Shown: in pieces, positions 18,379 through 24,000 of the stretch
Layout: each line of letters starts with the position of its first letter
Position numbering within the stretch: the stretch's first letter is position 1
Origin: Kosakonia calanthes
GTDB lineage: Bacteria > Pseudomonadota > Gammaproteobacteria > Enterobacterales > Enterobacteriaceae
NCBI RefSeq assembly: GCF_038449125.1
Contig: NZ_CP151800.1
Span: 10,406 to 34,405 of the forward strand
DNA: 24,000 nt
Reading direction: 5' to 3'
Notes under the pieces: generated by a model
Seen by the model: the letters and a program-made list of their open reading frames with translations, nothing else
Database searches by the model: none
What the model was told of the DNA's origin: nothing
Program-made: the position numbers and the translations under genes

Positions 18379-19251
18379 TCACGCAAGCCGCAATAACATC
18401 GCCCCGGCGGCGATACCGCAAGCGGCCACAATGCGCAGGCCAGCGACTTTCTCTTTCAACAGCAGAAAAGCCAGCAGTGCGCCGAACAGAATCGAGGTTT
18501 CGCGCAGCGCCGCGACAACCGCCAGCGGCGCTTGCGTCATCGCCCACAGCGCCAGGCCGTAGGATCCCATGGTGCCAACGCCGCCCGGCAGCCCCTTTTT
18601 CCAGTTCGCCACCAGATAGCGCGTCACAACTTGTCGGCGTGTCAGCATCGCCCACAGCAAAAGGCAAAAGCCGTTAAGGAAAAACGTCCAAAGGGTGTAA
18701 CCCAACGCGGAACCGGCGAGGCGCACGCCAGTACCGTCGACCAGCGTATACCCGGCGATAAAACAGGAGTTCAGTAGCGCCAGCCAAATCCCTTTGCGCG
18801 ACTGGCTGCGCCCGTTAAAGGCCATACCGAGAATCGATACGCAGATCACGGCAATACCGCCCCACGCCAACGTGCTGAGGGAATCGCCCAGAATCAGCAC
18901 GCTGATTAATGCCACCAGCAGCGGCGCGGTGCCGCGCATTAGCGGGTAGGTTTGGCTCATGTCCGAGACTTGATACGTTTTGGCGACCAGCACGGTATAA
19001 ACCACCTGCAAAGCGCAACTGGCGGCCAGGTAAGGTGCGCTGGCAAGCGTGGGTTGGGGAGAAAAAGGCAATAAGATAAGCGCGATTAGCGCGGCGGAGC
19101 CACTTACGGCAATGGCGGAATAGAGCTTGTCGCTGCCCGCTTTGACAATCGCGTTCCAGCTGGCATGTAACAGCGCGGCGAACAGCAAAATACAAAAAAC
19201 AGAGAGGGTCATAGCGGCATGGGTGAGTGAATTGTCATCAAAATGTAACAT
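18379..19251 (-). CDS. EamA/DMT family transporter
   Basis: 10-TM EamA repeats (LFAALLHASWNAIVKAGSDKL...; LLNSCFIAGYTLVDGTGVR...; ALRETSILFGALLAFLLLKEKV). An alternative start is 19212 (MTLSVFC). Confidence 0.85.
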   Translation of the reverse strand: MLHFDDNSLTHAAMTLSVFCILLFAALLHASWNAIVKAGSDKLYSAIAVSGSAALIALILLPFSPQPTLASAPYLAASCALQVVYTVLVAKTYQVSDMSQTYPLMRGTAPLLVALISVLILGDSLSTLAWGGIAVICVSILGMAFNGRSQSRKGIWLALLNSCFIAGYTLVDGTGVRLAGSALGYTLWTFFLNGFCLLLWAMLTRRQVVTRYLVANWKKGLPGGVGTMGSYGLALWAMTQAPLAVVAALRETSILFGALLAFLLLKEKVAGLRIVAACGIAAGAMLLRLA

Positions 19252-19284
19252 CCTGGATGCCGGAAAAGCCAGAACGCCATTGTT

Positions 19285-19312
19285 AAAGAGGGGCGGTTTC
19301 CCGCCCCTCTTT
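19285..19312 (-). terminator. Rho-independent terminator downstream of tisB
   Basis: AAAGAGGGGCGG-TTTC-CCGCCCCTCTTT, a perfect 12-bp stem (GAAA tetraloop on the minus strand). Confidence 0.85.
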
Positions 19313-19331
19313 GGTGCGACTTGAACCTGAA

Positions 19332-19421
19332 TTACCGCAGGTATTTCAGGACAGCTTCAAGCAGTTGCAACAAGGCAACAATGAGTTTCAGGATCAGGAT
19401 GACCAGTTCCATTTCGCCCAT
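19332..19421 (-). CDS. tisB: Type I toxin TisB, SOS-induced membrane peptide, 29 aa
   Basis: Minus-strand translation is MGEMELVILILKLIVALLQLLEAVLKYLR*. E. coli TisB as remembered is MNLVDIAILILKLIVAALQLLDAVLKYLK: same length, 20/29 identical. SD GGGAG-N6-ATG. Same position next to emrD. Confidence 0.93.
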   Translation of the reverse strand: MGEMELVILILKLIVALLQLLEAVLKYLR

Positions 19422-19486
19422 ACGCATCTCCCGTGGTAAGGAGCACCGGCTGACGTACCTTTCCGCTGCCTGTTGCCAGCCTTGTT

Positions 19487-19511
19487 GTTGGCGTAACGCA
19501 GTGTGCTCTCG
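19487..19511 (-). promoter_or_regulatory. IstR-1 antisense target (standby) site in the tisB mRNA leader
   Basis: Plus-strand GTTGGCGTAACGCAGTGTGCTCTCG (19487-19511) matches the IstR-1 5' segment GTTGACGTAACGCAGTGTGCTCACG (19725-19749) at 23/25, so the minus-strand mRNA is complementary to it. Confidence 0.85.
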
Positions 19512-19612
19512 AGGGGTTAAGGCGCTGACGGCACCACCCGTTTCAGCCAGGACTTATTGCGCCGTAGAACGCGGCCCCTCACACAGATGCGCGAAGTCAG
19601 TATATGTTAATA

Positions 19613-19628
19613 CTGTTTATATATACAG
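19613..19628. promoter_or_regulatory. LexA (SOS) box
   Basis: CTGTTTATATATACAG has perfect CTGT/ACAG arms, flanked by TA..TA, between the divergent tisB and istR transcripts. A TATACT -10 lies on the minus strand at 19604-19599. Confidence 0.88.
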
Positions 19629-19724
19629 TAATTATTGGCGGTTTTTGCGACCTTGTACCATACTCAATGCGGGAAAATACGCTTGAAAATTGCGCAATCA
19701 GAGGATTCAACGTATAGTTTCGCT

Positions 19725-19800
19725 GTTGACGTAACGCAGTGTGCTCACGGCCACCAACCGCGAAAGCCTGTGAAAAAAACCTCGCTTCAGTGCCCGCCAC
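19725..19800 (+). ncRNA. istR: IstR-1 antitoxin sRNA (3' end uncertain)
   Basis: Starts GTTGACGTAACGCAGTGTGCTCACGG..., like E. coli IstR-1 GUUGACAUAAUACAGUGUGCUUUGCGG. Promoter TTGCGC(19690)-N17-TATAGT(19713-19718) with TSS G at 19725. Later segment AAAACCTCGCT is also conserved. Confidence 0.85.
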
Positions 19801-20028
19801 TGGACGACTTAAATTAGCGGAGAATGTCAGAACATATTCTCCGCTAATATTGAGATGCTAAATCTAATCCAATTTAATTCCGCTAATCTGTAAATATATT
19901 TCTGCTGTTTCGCAAACAGGACAAATTAATTTCTCAATAATTAGCTTCTTTTTTAGTTGAGTCGGTAATGCAACGCTTTGCTTACTTGAGTATTATTTTC
20001 GCCCTGTCATCATCATGTGATTTATTTT

Positions 20029-20429
20029 ATGGGCCTGAAATTTCAACCTAAAGTTGGTTCCATTGTTATTTGTGACTTTCGCGGTATGGTTGTGCCCGAA
20101 ATCGTTAAAAAAGGCCTGTCATTGTTGTTGCCAGGAGTCGCTGTAACAGCCAGCTTGTGACTGTGGTACCAATCAGTACAACCGCGCCAGATCCCGCCAA
20201 AGACTACCATCACGCGTTACGCCAAAACCCGATTCCGGGAAATGAGCATATTCCTTGCTGGGCAAAGTGCGACATGATTAATGTCGTTTCGCTCGAACGC
20301 CTCGACAGAATTAAAAATGCAGGATGGGGGCGAGATAATTATATTGTCCCGACAATTGAGCGAGACGAGCTTGAAATGATTAAGCATGGAATATTGCATG
20401 GGCTGGGTATGTCGTATCTAGTTTTATAA
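20029..20429 (+). pseudogene. PemK/MazF-family type II toxin, frameshifted at A6 tract
   Basis: Frame 1 (20029..) reads MGLKFQPKVGSIVICDFRGMVVPEIVKK. The -1 frame from 20112 reads RPVIVVARSRCNSQLVTVVPISTTAPDPAKDYHHALRQNPIPGNEHIPCWAKCDMINVVSLERLDRIKNAGWGRDNYIVPTI... Together they make a full PemK/MazF-like domain. Confidence 0.75.
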
Positions 20430-20483
20430 GTTATTCTTTAAATTATTACGGCTGCCTGTAATTATGAATGTACAGTGTTTTAC

Positions 20484-20511
20484 TTGACATAAAACTCTCA
20501 CCAGCTAATAT
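20484..20511 (+). promoter_or_regulatory. Sigma70-like promoter
   Basis: TTGACA (20484-20489), 16-nt spacer, TAATAT (20506-20511). Confidence 0.6.
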
Positions 20512-20604
20512 TGCCGCTGTTCCCTTATGGGACTTGTAAGACTTCCAGAATACCGGAAGCCAGGCGCGACAAGATGGCGATGACAAGCCTGTCGCCCCCT
20601 GTGA

Positions 20605-20634
20605 AAAGGCACCTTTTTAGGTGCCTTTGTCTTT
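20605..20634 (+). terminator. Intrinsic terminator (possibly bidirectional)
   Basis: AAAGGCACCT-TTTT-AGGTGCCTTT followed by GTCTTTTC. The 10-bp stem lies just before the convergent ykgJ-like gene stop. Confidence 0.75.
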
Positions 20635-20641
20635 TCTGCGT

Positions 20642-20905
20642 TTACAGCTTTTCGCAAATCGCCAGATTGATGCGCACGAATTCATCCCAGGGGATGATCG
20701 CGGCGAGGTTTTGCCGGTAATACTCTTCAACACGGCACACCAGCGGGCGCTGTTCGTAGATGCGGCACAAATGGCTGTCGTCATCGAAATGGCGGCATGC
20801 CCCGTCGCCGCGATCGAGAAACGCGGTTTCGGGGCTGGCGTTCACCCTGCGACAACATTTGCCGCAGGCGGTGCAAGGGAACGGCGTGAGTGGCGCATCA
20901 GGCAT
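20642..20905 (-). CDS. YkgJ-family zinc/iron-chelating CxxCxxCC protein
   Basis: PCTACGKCCRRVN...GACRHFDDDSHLCRIYEQRPLVCRVEEYY. Cys-rich pattern of the CxxCxxCC domain. Confidence 0.85.
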   Translation of the reverse strand: MPDAPLTPFPCTACGKCCRRVNASPETAFLDRGDGACRHFDDDSHLCRIYEQRPLVCRVEEYYRQNLAAIIPWDEFVRINLAICEKL

Positions 20906-22544
20906 CGGTGAGCCGGTCGGAAAGCCGCTGCGCCTGCGTCAGCGCGTCGCGGTTGGCCTGCATTTCGCTGTTTGCCACATCCAGCGTTGCCGTGACTTTC
21001 TGCGTCATTTCCGTAAACCACGGCGTGAGGATGTCGCGCACTTCGTCCGCCATCGCTTTCTCAAATTTAGCGGCAATATCGCGGGAAATGTCCTCGACTT
21101 CCTGCATAAAACGCTCGCGTTCGCGGGCATAGTGTTCAGACTGCTCGCGCAAGCGTTTTTCTTGCGGATCTTCAGCCACCATATCCCAAAGCGTGCTGAT
21201 CACCGTCACGGCAGTGCCGACGTAAGGGATCCATTTCCCGACCACCAACGTACCCCATTTTTCCATGGTTTTTGGGCCGATGCCTTTCATCACCGACGGC
21301 AGCCACTCTTTCACCAGCTTCAGCCCGGCCACCACATGCTCGGGTTTGGCGACGCTGCCCACCGTGCCAACGGCGCTTTTCACCGCATCGGCATTCACTT
21401 TATCCAGCAGACCTTTGTTGGCTGGCATTGTCTCATCGGTTCCCGGCTGGATGCCCTGTACTTGCACATTATTGTGATGGGGCGCGCCCGCCAGCGCAGT
21501 TTCCAGCGCCTGCACATCCTGCGCGAATTGGCTGCTCAGAAACGCGGTTTCGTCTGTCAGCACCCGGTTCACATTGTCGACCGCTTCATGGTAAATCGCG
21601 CCAATGGTTTGCTGGCAATGCTGCGGATCCTGCTGGAGCGCGGTTTTGCTGCGCGTTTGCAGTATCAAACGGTTACGCGCAATCTCTTTGTTCACTTCAC
21701 GCTGGCAGGCGGCCTGTGCGGCAAGGAGATTTTTCAGCAGCGTGTTGTACTGGCGCACCGCGTCGTCACCGCTGTTTTGCATCAACGAGGCGAGCAACGT
21801 GTCGAGGAAATCGTGCAGCGAGTGCGCAAGTTGCTTGCTGATGTCGTCCGGCGTAATGCTGTCGATAAAGCCGGTCAACGCCGTTTCGAACGCCGGGTAG
21901 CCGCTGTATTCAATAAGGCCTGGCTTTTGGCGCAGCTTGCCATCCAGCGCGCGTTGCGCGTTGACACGCCAAATGGGAATGTCGGCTAAAACCGCGTCCA
22001 TTCCTTTCGCAGCGGCAAGCTCTTGCAGGCGCATCCGCGTGCTGTTCTTCAGCCGGGTAAACAGCTCAACGGAAAAGTCCTCTTTTTCATTGAACACCAG
22101 AAACAGCTTTTTGCCCTGCGCCAGCAGGTCAATCATCACCTGCAACGTTTTCATCTCTTCCGCCGCGCCGGAAGGGTTTACAACGAAAACAATGGCATCC
22201 ACGTTGAGCATCTGCTGTTGTGTCACTTTTTCGTGATCCAGCGGCGCATCCACGCCGGGCGTATCCAGAATGGCATACTGCCCCCAGCGGTATTCGTCCA
22301 CGCGATCGGTCAGCGGAAAATCGCCCGTCGGTGCCGTTTCCGCGCCCAGCAGGGCGTTAATCAGCGTGCTTTTACCGGCGTTATACACGCCGTAAACCAT
22401 AATGCTCGCATCGGGTTTACGCATTTTCTCTGCAAACCTGGCCGCTACCGGGCGAAACGCGGGTTCCAGCGCGGGATAGTGGCGCACAAAGGCTTCAGTG
22501 TCGTGATAAATGCGATAAAGATCGTTTAAGGAAAGCGTCATCAC
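20898..22544 (-). CDS. Dynamin-like/50S ribosome-binding-type GTPase domain protein B
   Basis: P-loop GVYNAGKSTLINALLG, G3 DTPG, G4-like FNEKED. Long helical C-terminal region with a hydrophobic segment (WIPYVGTAVTVISTLWDMV). Confidence 0.85.
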   Translation of the reverse strand: MMTLSLNDLYRIYHDTEAFVRHYPALEPAFRPVAARFAEKMRKPDASIMVYGVYNAGKSTLINALLGAETAPTGDFPLTDRVDEYRWGQYAILDTPGVDAPLDHEKVTQQQMLNVDAIVFVVNPSGAAEEMKTLQVMIDLLAQGKKLFLVFNEKEDFSVELFTRLKNSTRMRLQELAAAKGMDAVLADIPIWRVNAQRALDGKLRQKPGLIEYSGYPAFETALTGFIDSITPDDISKQLAHSLHDFLDTLLASLMQNSGDDAVRQYNTLLKNLLAAQAACQREVNKEIARNRLILQTRSKTALQQDPQHCQQTIGAIYHEAVDNVNRVLTDETAFLSSQFAQDVQALETALAGAPHHNNVQVQGIQPGTDETMPANKGLLDKVNADAVKSAVGTVGSVAKPEHVVAGLKLVKEWLPSVMKGIGPKTMEKWGTLVVGKWIPYVGTAVTVISTLWDMVAEDPQEKRLREQSEHYARERERFMQEVEDISRDIAAKFEKAMADEVRDILTPWFTEMTQKVTATLDVANSEMQANRDALTQAQRLSDRLTDA

Positions 22545-24000
22545 TGGTTTTCCTGGTGCAGAATCCGCTGGGTTTCCAGCAAAAGATGTTCAATAGCGAG
22601 GCTCATCGTCGCGACTTCACGTTTAAGCGCGTCGGTCAGCGCCTCGCTCTCGGTTAACAACTGCGTGGTAAGTTGGTCGGCAAGCGCGCGAATGGCGCTG
22701 GCGACAGACGCGCAATAGCGCTCAATGGCCTGCGCCTGGATTGCGCTCAGGTTGTCGCCCACCGTCAATTCAATGGTGCGCGTCCCCATTCTGGGGCCGG
22801 TGCTGAGCGCACCGCCCGCACCGCCGCCAATCGTCATCCCTACCGCCGCGCCCGCCGGGCCGCCTAACGCAAAACCGAGGGCTGCGCCGGCAAGTGCCCC
22901 CAGCCCGCTGTTGCGTTTGCGGTTGCCTTTTACGACTTCACCGGGGATCTCTTCGGTGATTTTCTCTAAAGAGAAGTTCGGCAGCGTCAGCGTCGAGGCC
23001 TGCCAGCTATCGCTCATCGCGGTTTTAAACTCGCGCGTAATGTCGCGAAACAGCTCGGCGATGGCCTCCACCACCACCTCTTGATGCACCGTGTCCCACC
23101 GTGTGCGCGCCTGGCGAAGTTGGCTGTTGATGGCGGATTCGTCATCCCGCAGCGCCAGCAGCGCATCAAACGTGTCGTCGACACTCGCCCGCATGCGCGA
23201 TTGTGCGTGACGAACTTGCCGGATAATGGTCTGCGCCAATGTACGCTGCAACTTTTTAAACGTCTCACCAAACAGGGCAATTTGCTGGTGATACGGCGCC
23301 AGATCGTCGATGCAAACAGTCAGGAATTTATGGAAATTATTCAGCGGCACATGGCGTTTGATGCGCACTCCCTCGGCGTGCGACAGCGTGTGCAGAGTGG
23401 CAAACAACTGCGCCATGCCGCTCTCTGCCATGTGCTGTTCGTCGTCGAAGAAACGCTGAGCAACCTGCGCCGAAATTGAAATAATTTCGACGTTTTCGCG
23501 CGCAATGCCGTCCGCATTAAGCTCTTTCGCGACATAGTCCCTTTGCGCCAGCCGGGTAGGCGCAGGCTTCATCATTTTGCCTTTGATTACCATCCGGTCG
23601 TTTTCGTCGTCCCAGTCCTCGTCAGGCGTGTCGCTGCCGGTGATTAACAGTAGCGTCTGCTTTTTCTGATCGAGTAGCTGGCGAATCTCCTGCAAATCGC
23701 TGGCGCGTCCGGGCGCACTGGAACTCATGGTGTAGAGGATCAGATCGGCATGCTGGACGTATTCCTGCGCCAATTCGCCGTTGCACTGTTTCACCGAATG
23801 CAGGCCGGGAGAGTCCACCCACGTCAGGCCGGGCAGACGAAAGCCCTGAATCGAGCTGGTGGCTTCGGTGCCATCAACGCGAAATTGCTGGTTTTGCTCC
23901 GCTTCGCGCGGCGCGTCGCCATTTTCCGCCTCGGTGTTTTCATGGGAAAACCAGGCCGGATGTTGGTTGGCAGGCAGGCTATCTTTGGTTTGTTGCGTCG
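22541..24000 (-). CDS. Dynamin-like GTPase A (partial; 5' end outside window)
   Basis: The frame remains open past the track's GTG start at 23818: ...FSHENTEAENGDAPREAEQNQQFRVDGTEATSSIQGFRLPGLTWVDSPGLHSVKQCNG..., with G3 DSPG and later LLITGSDTPDEDWDDEND. The P-loop should lie beyond 24000. A glycine-zipper segment is present. Confidence 0.83.
   Translation of the reverse strand, partial: TQQTKDSLPANQHPAWFSHENTEAENGDAPREAEQNQQFRVDGTEATSSIQGFRLPGLTWVDSPGLHSVKQCNGELAQEYVQHADLILYTMSSSAPGRASDLQEIRQLLDQKKQTLLLITGSDTPDEDWDDENDRMVIKGKMMKPAPTRLAQRDYVAKELNADGIARENVEIISISAQVAQRFFDDEQHMAESGMAQLFATLHTLSHAEGVRIKRHVPLNNFHKFLTVCIDDLAPYHQQIALFGETFKKLQRTLAQTIIRQVRHAQSRMRASVDDTFDALLALRDDESAINSQLRQARTRWDTVHQEVVVEAIAELFRDITREFKTAMSDSWQASTLTLPNFSLEKITEEIPGEVVKGNRKRNSGLGALAGAALGFALGGPAGAAVGMTIGGGAGGALSTGPRMGTRTIELTVGDNLSAIQAQAIERYCASVASAIRALADQLTTQLLTESEALTDALKREVATMSLAIEHLLLETQRILHQENQ

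Noticed and set aside
19321-19686. 121-aa plus-strand ORF (MNLNYRRYFRTASSSCNKATM...)
   Set aside because: Runs antisense through tisB and its leader. The tisB/LexA/IstR signals explain this sequence better.
20511-20720. 69-aa plus-strand ORF (MPLFPYGTCKTSRIPEARRDK...)
   Set aside because: Reads through the intrinsic hairpin at 20605-20628 and into the antisense of the YkgJ-type gene. The beginning is better explained as a candidate ncRNA.
20760-21989. 409-aa plus-strand ORF (MRHKWLSSSKWRHAPSPRSRNAVSG...)
   Set aside because: Antisense to the dynamin-like GTPase B, with low-complexity His/Arg-rich composition typical of high-GC shadow ORFs. It has no recognisable domain.
1-24000. CRISPR arrays, tRNA/rRNA genes, IS elements, prophage genes
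   Set aside because: I saw no regularly spaced direct repeats, no tRNA cloverleaf CCA ends and no transposase or integrase motifs in any frame of this window.

Overview
This is a chromosomal window from an Enterobacteriaceae genome. Most of it is syntenic with the E. coli dgoT-yidR-yidQ-ibpA-ibpB-yidE-yidL-yidK-yidJ-yidH-yidG-yidF-emrD-tisB region. Core genes: D-galactonate transporter (dgoT), YidR and YidQ, the small heat-shock operon ibpAB with a sigma32-like promoter and ROSE-like RNA thermometers, YidE, a cytoplasmic sulfatase module (YidL regulator, YidK symporter, YidJ sulfatase, DUF202 proteins YidH and YidG, full-length anSME-type radical SAM maturase), and EmrD. Accessory or decayed parts: a lone AAA ATPase followed by REP elements and an oxalate/formate-type MFS transporter between ibpB and yidE; a D-serine dehydratase pseudogene with an out-of-frame internal deletion of about 400 bp; a GH5-like secreted glycoside hydrolase whose 3' end overlaps emrD; and an EamA/DMT transporter. 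A type I toxin-antitoxin locus, tisB/istR-1, is missing from the ORF track but supported by a 29-aa TisB reading frame, a perfect LexA-box palindrome, an IstR-1-like promoter and start, and a 23/25 antisense match. Next come a PemK/MazF-like toxin gene frameshifted at an A6 tract, a candidate sRNA, and an operon of two dynamin-like GTPases (one running off the window edge) plus a YkgJ-type CxxCxxCC protein. The strongest candidates for follow-up are the paired-GTPase/YkgJ operon, the orphan AAA ATPase, and the divergent tisB/istR locus with an apparently altered IstR 3' end. All homology statements come from recognising protein motifs and remembered family sequences. No database search was run.
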